Positions 56,089 through 64,000 of a DNA stretch of 64,000 nucleotides are shown here, piece after piece. The notes under the pieces were generated by a model, which was not told the origin of the DNA, did not search any database, and worked only from the letters and a program-made list of their open reading frames with translations. Source of the DNA: Bacteroidota bacterium (lineage in GTDB: Bacteria > Bacteroidota > Ignavibacteria > Kryptoniales > JAKASW01); NCBI GenBank assembly GCA_021812985.1, contig JAKAMG010000013.1, positions 586 through 64,585 on the forward strand, in the 5' to 3' direction. Within the stretch, counting starts at the first letter, position 1; every line of letters begins with the position of its first letter. The position numbers and the translations under genes are program-made.

Positions 56089-56775
56089 CTATTCGGCCAC
56101 CTTCCTCAGTTCCCTCAAATCCAGCACGGTTATCTCGCCGCGAACTTCCCGGACTATCTTCCGGTCCTTCAGCTTTCTAAGATTTCTTGATAGTGTCTCT
56201 ATCGCGACTCCTAGCTGGCCTGCCAGGTCCTTCTTGCTCACGTTAAGAGAAAATGCCGGCTTCGCAGTGCCGATCGATCCGTTCAGATTCACCTCGTTCA
56301 ATATGTAGAGGGCGAGCCTCTTTTCCACGTTTACGGAAAGCTGTGCCACCTTCTTGTTAAGTTCCATCAGCCGCGTCGCGAAAGCTTCGGAAATCTTGAT
56401 GGCCAGCGAAGGGCTATCTTCCATGAGTCGCCTGAACTCGACTTTCGGCACGTAATAGAGTATCGAGTCCTCCATGGTCTGAGCGCAGGCGGGATATGCG
56501 TCAGAGTTCGTAAACAGAGGTGTCTCCGCGAAGCTTTTGTATGGCCGGAGTATGTGAAGAATCGTCTCGTCGCCTCCCGCGCTAAGCTTGAAGACTTTCA
56601 CTGATCCTTCGAGGATGATATAGAACCCCGCGAACTGGTCTCCCTCAAGAAAAATCATTCTCTCCCTTGCGAACGACTTCTTTCCGCCGATGCCCGACAC
56701 AAGCCTGAGCTCCGCCGGACTCAACTTCTCGAACAGCGGCGCCTTCTTCAGGAGCTCTTCTGTTTCTTCCCTCAT
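56089..56775 (-). CDS. CRP/FNR-family transcriptional regulator (Dnr/NnrR-like by context)
   Basis: 228 aa. cNMP-binding-type beta-barrel (IFLEGDQFAGFYIILEGSVKVFK). C-terminal HTH SKKDLAGQLGVAIETLSRNLRKLKD. There is no N-terminal Cys cluster, so it is not a classical O2-sensing Fnr. Confidence 0.85.
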   Translation of the reverse strand: MREETEELLKKAPLFEKLSPAELRLVSGIGGKKSFARERMIFLEGDQFAGFYIILEGSVKVFKLSAGGDETILHILRPYKSFAETPLFTNSDAYPACAQTMEDSILYYVPKVEFRRLMEDSPSLAIKISEAFATRLMELNKKVAQLSVNVEKRLALYILNEVNLNGSIGTAKPAFSLNVSKKDLAGQLGVAIETLSRNLRKLKDRKIVREVRGEITVLDLRELRKVAE

Positions 56776-57101
56776 GGTTCCCGCGCTATTCGGAAGTGGA
56801 CAGCACCATCGGGCGCCACGGTGCCTGTCTCAGTTTGATACTTGGATTCATGATTGAAATTTATCGGAGCGTGGACGCATAATCAAACACAGGGATGGTA
56901 GACTCCTGGGCCCTCGGACCTCAGGTTTGAAAGCGGCCCGATTCACACGCGGTGTGCTACCTCCGAATTCCGTGCACCACGACAAGAAAGGTGCCGGAGA
57001 GGCGAGTGCTCTCTTGCCATCGTGCGCATCCTGTTATCTTATTGTCCTGACTCGCCTCCCCGGGCAAGGCCAACTTCCCGGCTCGGTACTTCGTACGCCG
57101 A

Positions 57102-59888
57102 CTATTTGGTCCCTGGTGGAGAAGCGGGCTCCCGTCCCGTTTCCAGGGCCGAGCGGATTTTCCTCAGGAGATCGTCCCTCGCATACGGCTTTTGAATGAA
57201 CGAGCTCACCCCTTTGCCGGAGAGTTTCTTCTTCTCTTGTTCGCTGATGAAACCACTTGCGAGTATTATGGAGGTTTCAGGGTTTGTCGCAAGTATCGCC
57301 TCCATGAGGTCTATGCCTCCGATCTTCGGGAGGCCGACGTCTGAGAGGACGAGCCTGATTTTGCTGTTGCTGAAGAAGAGTGAAATCGCTCTCTCTCCGT
57401 CGGAAGCCGAAAGCACCTTGTAACCTTCCTCCGTCAGGAGGTCTTCGAGGTACTCTCGGAGACCAGGCTCGTCCTCGACCACTAGTATGGTTTCATTTCC
57501 GCCGCGGACAGCTTGCGGTTTGACTTCGGACGCTTCCACCGACGCGCCGCCTTGCTGTCTTGCGGGGAAATAGACGTCGAATCTCGTACCCACCCCAGGT
57601 GAACTCTTGATATCTATCAACCCTCCGTGGTTCTGAACTATCCCATAAACAGTGGCCAGCCCAAGGCCCGTCCCCTTTCCAATCGGCTTTGTCGTGAAGA
57701 AAGGCTCGAAGATTCTGCTTCGCGTACTCTCGTCCATTCCGACCCCGGTGTCCTGGACCTCAATGGACACGTACTCTTCTTCGGTGGCAGCAGGGAACTT
57801 GTCCTGCAGTGTCTGCCCCGGGACGATGCCGGTTCTAATCGTCAGCATACCCCCCGCCAGAACTCCGTCCTCGCGGTCCATCATAGCATCACGCGCATTC
57901 ACGCAGAGGTTTAACAGAAGCTGATGCAATTCCGAATGATCTCCGTAAACAACGGCGGCTCCGGCGTGCAGTTCGGCTCTTATCATTATCTGCTTCGGGA
58001 AGGTCTCACTTAACAATCTGTGAAGCTCGTCCACTAGTTTGTTCAGGTCGACGTAGGTGAGGACCCTGTCAGTCTTTCTGGCAAATGTCAAAAGCTGGCG
58101 GACAAGCGCAGCAGCCCTGTCAGAGGCAGTTTCGATCGAGTCGAGCGCCTTCCTGCACTTCGCGTCCTCGCCGAGGTTTCGCCTGAGCAGCGAGGCATAG
58201 CCTGAAATTATTCCGAGGATATTGTTGAAATCATGTGCTATTCCGCCGGCAAGCGTCCCAAGCCCTTCCAATTTCTGAGCTTTCCTTAGCTCCTCCTCCA
58301 GATTTTTCTGGGCAGTGACATCCCTCGCGATGCCGAGGATCCCGATTATCTTCCCTTCCCTTACTTCGGGAGCGGTGTTTAACTCGCCGATAATGAAGGA
58401 GCCGGACGCGGTCATTATTCTAAATTCAGTAACCGCCATGTCTTTCCCCTCCGCGACGCTACGGAGGGCTGATATCGCCCTTGCACGGTCATCAGAGTTG
58501 AGGACATCCTCCACGTGCTTTCCAATCCAGTCCTCACGTCGAAATCCGGTAATGCTCTCGAAAGCGGGATTGAGGCTTTGGATTGTTCCATCAAGAGAAA
58601 GGCTGAAGATCGCGTCACGCGCTCCCTCAACAAGGCCGCGATACTTCGCCTCAGAGTCGAGAAGTGCCTTCTCTGCCGCCCTCTTTTCAGTCACGTCATC
58701 CAGGATTGTGACGGCGTGGCTGAACCTATCCTTATCGTCGCGTACTGCCGCGACAGTGAGGCCGGCAAGAAACACGCTTCCGTCCTTGCGGACATAGCGC
58801 TTCTCAAACCTCGCCATGTCTTTTCCCCCGGCGACCATTTCGTCAAGTACCGACAATCCGATGGTGACATCATCCGGATGGGTCATATCATTGAACGAAG
58901 TGCCAAGGAGTTCCTTCTCGTCATATCCGAACAGTCTCTCCGCCGCGGGGTTGCAACCGAGAAATCTTCCCTCCCCATCTATATTCAGGATGGCGAGGGG
59001 AGAAGCGCGGTAGATGGTCCTGAATCTCTCCTCGCTTTCCCTTAGCGCTCTCTCCGCCTTCTTCACCTCGGTCAAATCACGGACTAGGGCGAGGATCGAT
59101 AGCTCCTGATCGTTCAGGAGCGTTGAAAGCATAATATCAGCGGGGAATTCACTCCCATCCTTCCTGCGGGCGAAAAGCTCCAAACCTGATCCCAATGGAC
59201 GCGAATGGGGCTGAACGCTGTACGCCTTTACACTCCTCTCATGTGCCTTGGCAAAGCGCTCGGGTACAAGCACGCTTATCGATTTGCCTATTAGCTCATC
59301 CCGCCGGTAACCGAAAGTCAGCTCAGCCTGCCTGTTGACAAACGTTATGACATCCTTGCCACTAAGGATGATGGCTGCGTCAGGCGCACTTTCGAGGAGG
59401 CCGCGGTACCTCGACTCCAGACTCCTCAAATCATCAAGCGCCATCCCGCGCATCTTTTCGGCGAGTCTCAGCTTCCGTCTTTCATCGGCCTCCCTGAGTG
59501 CCCGTCTGATAGCCGGCACGAGCCGCTTGAGCCCAGGTTTCAGCACATAATCTGTCGCACCGTCTACGAGTGTTTGGACAGCCACCTCCTCCCCGATAGT
59601 CCCCGACACAAAGATGAATGGGGTCTCTGGTGAATTCTCCTTCGCGTGGTAAAAGGCCTCCTTGCCGCTGAACGAAGGGATCGTGAAGTCACAGAGGATC
59701 AAATCAAATCTTTTCCTCGCGAGGCTCCCGAGATACTCGTCCTTTGATTTGACGAGTTCGATTCGATACTTCACCCCCGCCTCGTCCAGCACTCCCTTGA
59801 CGAGTTCTGCGTCTTTTGCATTATCCTCCAGATGAAGAATCTCGAGGAATGCTTCTTCTTTGTCAGGCATGCCTTGTGGTACCCCCAT
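57102..59888 (-). CDS. Hybrid histidine kinase with N- and C-terminal receiver domains and multiple PAS domains
   Basis: 928 aa. N-terminal REC DLILCDFTIPSFSG. About four PAS domains. H-box GGIAHDFNNILG. HATPase boxes CVNARDA, DTGVGM and GTGLGLA. C-terminal REC RLVLSDVGLPKIGG. Confidence 0.85.
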   Translation of the reverse strand: MGVPQGMPDKEEAFLEILHLEDNAKDAELVKGVLDEAGVKYRIELVKSKDEYLGSLARKRFDLILCDFTIPSFSGKEAFYHAKENSPETPFIFVSGTIGEEVAVQTLVDGATDYVLKPGLKRLVPAIRRALREADERRKLRLAEKMRGMALDDLRSLESRYRGLLESAPDAAIILSGKDVITFVNRQAELTFGYRRDELIGKSISVLVPERFAKAHERSVKAYSVQPHSRPLGSGLELFARRKDGSEFPADIMLSTLLNDQELSILALVRDLTEVKKAERALRESEERFRTIYRASPLAILNIDGEGRFLGCNPAAERLFGYDEKELLGTSFNDMTHPDDVTIGLSVLDEMVAGGKDMARFEKRYVRKDGSVFLAGLTVAAVRDDKDRFSHAVTILDDVTEKRAAEKALLDSEAKYRGLVEGARDAIFSLSLDGTIQSLNPAFESITGFRREDWIGKHVEDVLNSDDRARAISALRSVAEGKDMAVTEFRIMTASGSFIIGELNTAPEVREGKIIGILGIARDVTAQKNLEEELRKAQKLEGLGTLAGGIAHDFNNILGIISGYASLLRRNLGEDAKCRKALDSIETASDRAAALVRQLLTFARKTDRVLTYVDLNKLVDELHRLLSETFPKQIMIRAELHAGAAVVYGDHSELHQLLLNLCVNARDAMMDREDGVLAGGMLTIRTGIVPGQTLQDKFPAATEEEYVSIEVQDTGVGMDESTRSRIFEPFFTTKPIGKGTGLGLATVYGIVQNHGGLIDIKSSPGVGTRFDVYFPARQQGGASVEASEVKPQAVRGGNETILVVEDEPGLREYLEDLLTEEGYKVLSASDGERAISLFFSNSKIRLVLSDVGLPKIGGIDLMEAILATNPETSIILASGFISEQEKKKLSGKGVSSFIQKPYARDDLLRKIRSALETGREPASPPGTK

Positions 59889-60023
59889 ATATTCTTGATC
59901 CAGCGACAGGCGCCGACAAGCGTCCGGCGGTCCAGTTCGGAGGATCTCCTTCAGGCCGCTTCTTCAAGATTATGGAAGCGGAATATGAAGCCGTGCCAGG
60001 GGTCACGCGTGGAGACACTACAA

Positions 60024-60479
60024 TCACCGCAATCTCTTAGCTGTGTTGGGGGGAGGCTCATTTAGGAGTGCCCAGAATGCTCCGAGCTGGCTCACGGCTC
60101 TGATGAATTCGCGGAATTCCAGGGGTTTCACGACGTAAGCGTTAGCTCCCAACGAGTAACTCGCAACCAAGTCGGCCTCTTCCTTTGAAGATGTGAGAAC
60201 TACGACGGGTATGGCCCGCAGGGCGGGGTCCGACCTGATTTCTTTGAGGACTTCCAGGCCGCCCATCTTTGGCATCTTTATGTCCAACAGGATGACCGCG
60301 GGATTGCCGACGGAACGTCCATGAAATTTTCCGCGACACCTGAGGTAGTCGAGCGCTTCGACTCCGTCCTTCACCACCATCACTTCGTTAGCCAAGTTAT
60401 AACGCGCCAACCCCTCGAGAGTCAACTCGATATCCATTTTGTTGTCCTCTGCGAGAAGTATGCTCTTCAGCTGTTCCAT
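60024..60479 (-). CDS. Single-domain response regulator (CheY-like)
   Basis: 151 aa. Carries ILLAEDNKMDIEL, VILLDIKMPKMGG and VVVLTSS. It is 2 nt downstream of the preceding kinase gene. Confidence 0.88.
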   Translation of the reverse strand: MEQLKSILLAEDNKMDIELTLEGLARYNLANEVMVVKDGVEALDYLRCRGKFHGRSVGNPAVILLDIKMPKMGGLEVLKEIRSDPALRAIPVVVLTSSKEEADLVASYSLGANAYVVKPLEFREFIRAVSQLGAFWALLNEPPPNTAKRLR

Positions 60480-60481
60480 GA

Positions 60482-62431
60482 TCAGTTCTTCTCCGACGCG
60501 GGAAGTGAGAAAAAGAATGTGGCTCCTTTGCCGACTTCACCTTCGGCCCACGTTTCCCCGCCGTGACGCTCGATGATCCGCCGCACATTAGCGAGACCTA
60601 TCCCAGTCCCTTCGAATTCGTCCGATCTATGCAGCCGCTGGAAGACTCCGAACAATCGATCCGCGTACTTCATGTCGAAGCCCACTCCGTTATCTTTGAC
60701 GTAAACCACAATTTTGTCTTTCAACATCCTGCTTCCGATCTCAATCACGGCCTTTTCTCTCGGGCGGGTGTATTTGACAGCATTGCCGATGAGGTTGCGG
60801 AAAACAAGCTGAAGCATCGATGGGTCCGCCTGCACTGATGGGAGATTACCAGTCCTCCATTCCACGGCTCTTCCCTCCAACTCCTGCGACATCATTTTGA
60901 TGGCGGCAGATGCAGTGGCCTGAAGGCTTACGGCGGTTTGACTCATTTCAGTGCGCCCCATTCGCGAGAACGAAAGCAAGTCATCTATCAGCACCCCCAT
61001 CTCCTTTACCGACTCTGAGATGAATCCCATATAGCGCTTCCCTTTTTCATCGAGAGACTGGTGGATATGGTTCATAAGCAGGTCGGTAAAGCCGCTGATG
61101 TGCCGAAGCGGCGCCCTCAGGTCATGCGACACAGAATAGCTGAACGCCTCAAGTTCCTTGTTGAGTCCCTCAAGCTGCCTGGTGCGCTCTCGCACGCGCT
61201 CCTCAAGCTTCTCATTGAGGAGCTTGATTTCCTCTGCCACCCTCCTGCGCTCGGTTATGTCTCTGGCTATTTTCGACGCCCCGACGATATTTCCCCGCTC
61301 ATCCAGGACAGGTGATATGGTAAGCGACACATCGACGAGAGAGCCGTCCTTTCTGATCCTGACTGTCTCAAAATCTCTTATCGTCTCCCCCTGCCGGAGC
61401 CGGAGAATTATGGAGTCCTCCTCTTCCACTCGTTCCGGGGGGATTAACATTCTTATGTTTTTTCCTATGGCCTCACCGGCGGAATATCCAAAGAGGGCCT
61501 GGGCCCCGCGGTTCCATGCCGTGATTGTCCCGTCAATATTTTTTGCTATGATTGCATCGGAAGCTGACTCAACAATCGCGGCGAGGCGTGACCGGAGTTC
61601 GTGGGCTTCCTCCTGTTCCGTTATGTCCCGTCCGATTGCATATATCACGCCTTCCTCGGGGATCGGATTTGAATTCCACGCGACCCACCTGTATGACCCG
61701 TCTCCACACTTAAACCTGTTTTGAAAACTCATTCCATGCCTTGCAGTCGCACACTTCTCAACGCAAGCCTTGGTCCTTTCGTAATCGGCGCGGTGGGTCA
61801 GACTCAGGAAGTTCGACTTCACTATTTGACCTTTCGGTATTCCCGTCATCCGCTCGAATGCCGGATTGACCGCACGGAACGTTCCGTCGCCGCCGATGAT
61901 GCAGAAGAGGTCGAGCGACATTTCCCAGAATCGCGTGAACCTGTCTTCCACTTCCTTTTGCTCCGTAAGGTCCTGGGCAAGTACGAGCTTCGCGTCCCTT
62001 CCCTCGTAGAGAACGCCGTGTGTGGTGATCCTGACTTTGAACACCTTTCCGTCCCTGGAACGATGGGTCCAAATACCGCGCTCCTGCAGAGCGGCCCCCT
62101 TTGTTTTACGTATGTCCTCCTTGAGACGCCTGATATGCTCAGGCGGCCGAATCTCAAATATCGTCATTCGGAGGAACTCATCTTCTGAATAACCATACCT
62201 ATTGACGGCCGCATCGTTTACTGCAAGGAAGAGAAGAGTCTCAGCATCGTACACCCACATTGGATTCGGATTGCTTTTGAAGAGAAAGTCGTAATCCCCG
62301 GCGATCCTCCCGGTCCCCGCGAAGTTACCCTTCGGACTGGGCGGTTTCACCCCAGCTTGACTCTCACGCGTCACCTTACGAACCGGCATGATAACCCTCA
62401 CCGTGAGTGCGCGGACAAATATTCCTTTCAT
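60482..62431 (-). CDS. Cytoplasmic multi-PAS sensor histidine kinase
   Basis: Up to 649 aa. An alternative start at ATG 62389 (MPVRKV) has a GGTGAGGG RBS. No TM segment. About four PAS domains. H-box SYSVSHDLRAPLRHISGF. HATPase boxes IGNAVKY, DNGVGF and GTGIGLA. Confidence 0.85.
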   Translation of the reverse strand: MKGIFVRALTVRVIMPVRKVTRESQAGVKPPSPKGNFAGTGRIAGDYDFLFKSNPNPMWVYDAETLLFLAVNDAAVNRYGYSEDEFLRMTIFEIRPPEHIRRLKEDIRKTKGAALQERGIWTHRSRDGKVFKVRITTHGVLYEGRDAKLVLAQDLTEQKEVEDRFTRFWEMSLDLFCIIGGDGTFRAVNPAFERMTGIPKGQIVKSNFLSLTHRADYERTKACVEKCATARHGMSFQNRFKCGDGSYRWVAWNSNPIPEEGVIYAIGRDITEQEEAHELRSRLAAIVESASDAIIAKNIDGTITAWNRGAQALFGYSAGEAIGKNIRMLIPPERVEEEDSIILRLRQGETIRDFETVRIRKDGSLVDVSLTISPVLDERGNIVGASKIARDITERRRVAEEIKLLNEKLEERVRERTRQLEGLNKELEAFSYSVSHDLRAPLRHISGFTDLLMNHIHQSLDEKGKRYMGFISESVKEMGVLIDDLLSFSRMGRTEMSQTAVSLQATASAAIKMMSQELEGRAVEWRTGNLPSVQADPSMLQLVFRNLIGNAVKYTRPREKAVIEIGSRMLKDKIVVYVKDNGVGFDMKYADRLFGVFQRLHRSDEFEGTGIGLANVRRIIERHGGETWAEGEVGKGATFFFSLPASEKN

Positions 62432-62849
62432 TTCCTGAAAGGCCCAACGAGATTCCTTGTCCGGACAGGTTACATGGACCGGCCAGCGGCGTTGTGCTTC
62501 CGCGTTCCCCTTCAGTAAACCCGACGCGATATGAATGGCGGGAAAGCAATTTCCTCCCCATCCTCTCCTTCCTGATCACAACCGCCGGAAGAAGCTCTCC
62601 CCTCCGTAAAAGAATAAACTGAGAAACTTCCGGTTTTCGTTTACTCGGCAGACGATTAACGTTAATTCCCAGGGTTAGCTCCGGTTGCCCCGGTCTTCCT
62701 CGTTTATGTCTGCTTCGTTTTTTATTCAAGAGTCGGAGTCACAGGTTCAGGAATCCAACGAAAGACATTCCCTAGCCGGACGACCCGCCCTTCGATTTAA
62801 AACTTACTCAGCGGCTGAGACGTTCGCACGTCCCGGATAACGTAAATAT

Positions 62850-62872
62850 TTTGTCATGGTTTTTGTGACAAA
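62850..62872. promoter_or_regulatory. Inverted repeat TTTGTCA-N9-TGACAAA in a 538-bp non-coding gap
   Basis: 7-bp perfect arms at 62850-62856 and 62866-62872. It lies about 100 nt after the upstream regulator gene and about 420 nt before the kinase start. Confidence 0.2.
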
Positions 62873-62969
62873 CTGATTCGACCACAGGGTCACACCATCC
62901 GGCCGCAAGACTTGAGCCACCAGCAGAAGGGGGAAGACGACGAGCCTAAAGTGGCGGGAGGGAAATGAT

Positions 62970-63611
62970 TCAGACTATGAGCTTATTTTCCAAAGCGAAA
63001 CGCACGAGTTCTGCGTTTGTCCTCATTCCGAGCTTTGCAAGGAGTCGCCTTCTGTAGGTTGTAATTGTATTGACGCTGAGGGATAGCTGATTCGCTATTT
63101 CGCCTACAGATCTCCCCCGCGCTATAAGCCGCAGGACTGAGAGTTCCCGATCAGACAGAGATTGCAGCGGTTGCTTGTCGACAGGAGTTCCGATTTCGTC
63201 GACAAGTTGCTTCTCTACAGAAGGGCTCGCATACTTTCTCCCGGAGGCGATCGTCCTGATTGCGTCGACGAGTTGTTGTGTCACGGCCTTCTTAGTGACG
63301 TATCCGTGTGCTCCGGATTTTAGAGCACGTATAGCGAATTGCTCTTCAGGGAACATGCTCAAAAAGAGGAATCGTGCCTTGGGGTATGCCTTCTTGAGAT
63401 CGGCAAGCGCCTCAAAACCGCTTCTCCCCGGCAAATCTATGTCGAGCACAATGATGTCGGCGTCTTTTGCGGCATTCTTGCCGAGAAGCTCCTCGGCAGA
63501 CTCAGCTTCGCCCGTGATCATGATCTCCTTGAACAGGCCGAGCGTCCTGCGTATCCCCTGCCTTATAAGTTCATGGTCATCGAGAATAAACACCTTAATG
63601 TTTTTCATCAC
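62970..63611 (-). CDS. NarL/FixJ-family response regulator (REC + LuxR HTH)
   Basis: 213 aa. Carries VFILDDHELIRQG and DIIVLDIDLPGRSG. HTH LSDRELSVLRLIARGRSVGEIANQLSLSVNTITTYRRRLL. ATGA-type overlap with the upstream kinase. Confidence 0.88.
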   Translation of the reverse strand: MMKNIKVFILDDHELIRQGIRRTLGLFKEIMITGEAESAEELLGKNAAKDADIIVLDIDLPGRSGFEALADLKKAYPKARFLFLSMFPEEQFAIRALKSGAHGYVTKKAVTQQLVDAIRTIASGRKYASPSVEKQLVDEIGTPVDKQPLQSLSDRELSVLRLIARGRSVGEIANQLSLSVNTITTYRRRLLAKLGMRTNAELVRFALENKLIV

Positions 63612-64000
63612 GCGATATTCCTTGAGAGAGGGAGACTGAGACGCACAAGAGTCCCACCGAGTTCAGACTTACCGATGGTTACAGAACCTCCTACCGATTC
63701 AGCTCGTTGATGCATTCCAAAAATCCCGAAAGAGCTGCTTCCCGAGATCTCATTCTCCACTATCCCCTTCCCGTTATCATGGACCTCTACGATCAACTCT
63801 CCGAGCTTAAACGATGATCTGATTGTAACTTTTGTGGCTCCTGAGTGCCTTGCGACGTTCGTGAGCGATTCCTGGATGACGCGGTATACGGCAATAGATT
63901 TCGCGTGCCCTATAGTGTACCCGTCCAGCTTCACCCGGGCGACGGTGGATATGCCCGTCTTTCTCTCAAAAGACGCTGCCAGTTCAGAGATTGCCGCGTC
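63608..64000 (-). CDS. NarX/DegS-type sensor histidine kinase, 5'-partial (continues beyond the right edge)
   Basis: The frame is open to base 64000. HATPase boxes YRVIQESLTNVARH, HDNGKG and GIFGMHQRAESVGG. The track's GTG start at 63934 is an edge artefact. Confidence 0.75.
   Translation of the reverse strand, partial: DAAISELAASFERKTGISTVARVKLDGYTIGHAKSIAVYRVIQESLTNVARHSGATKVTIRSSFKLGELIVEVHDNGKGIVENEISGSSSFGIFGMHQRAESVGGSVTIGKSELGGTLVRLSLPLSRNIA

Noticed and set aside
62376-62729. A 117-aa minus-strand ORF in the long gap upstream of the PAS kinase
   Set aside because: Its composition is Arg/Gly/Pro-rich, it has no RBS or motif, and it overlaps the kinase start region. It is treated as non-coding.

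Overview
This is a bacterial chromosomal segment with almost all genes on the minus strand. I saw no rRNA, CRISPR array, transposase, integrase or phage genes.

Gene content, left to right:
- 1-4451: a three-gene chaperone/usher-like fimbrial locus with a DUF4402/SCPU-like subunit.
- 4787-19644: a secreted GH31 glycosidase, then a housekeeping block (aspS, mutL, ftsY, a CDP-alcohol phosphatidyltransferase, purF, lon, hsp20), an SGNH hydrolase and an aldo/keto reductase.
- 19711-22652: a ZIP metal transporter diverging from an ECF sigma / anti-sigma / TlpA operon.
- 22703-26716: a 1337-aa hybrid sensor kinase.
- 27038-27494: tRNA-Glu and tRNA-Gln, with an unusual 80-bp x3 tandem repeat of the tRNA-Gln leader and 5' end.
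- 27750-31614: ppa, an MCP and a NarL-type regulator.
- 31858-39994: a seven-gene envelope operon with three LPP20-like proteins, an LpoB-like and a TPR lipoprotein, an SH3b-M48 protease and a CHASE2 adenylate cyclase.
- 40339-45912: another hybrid kinase, a PfkB kinase, a DUF488 protein and a ClC channel.
- 45990-56775: a nitrite/NO island. It holds AniA-type NirK fused to cytochrome c, NirV, SCO, three hemerythrin-type genes, DUF59, DUF1858/DUF2249 proteins, a 12-TM protein built from an exact 134-aa triple repeat, a divergent qNOR and a CRP/FNR regulator with two TTGAC-N4-GTCAA boxes.
- 57102-64000: a dense block of two-component signalling genes.

The best candidates for undescribed biology are the LPP20/LpoB/M48/CHASE2-cyclase operon, the accessory genes of the NO island (especially the triple-repeat membrane protein), the SPOR-tailed usher-like protein, and the tRNA-Gln leader triplication.

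All family assignments come from reading motifs by eye. No database search was run.
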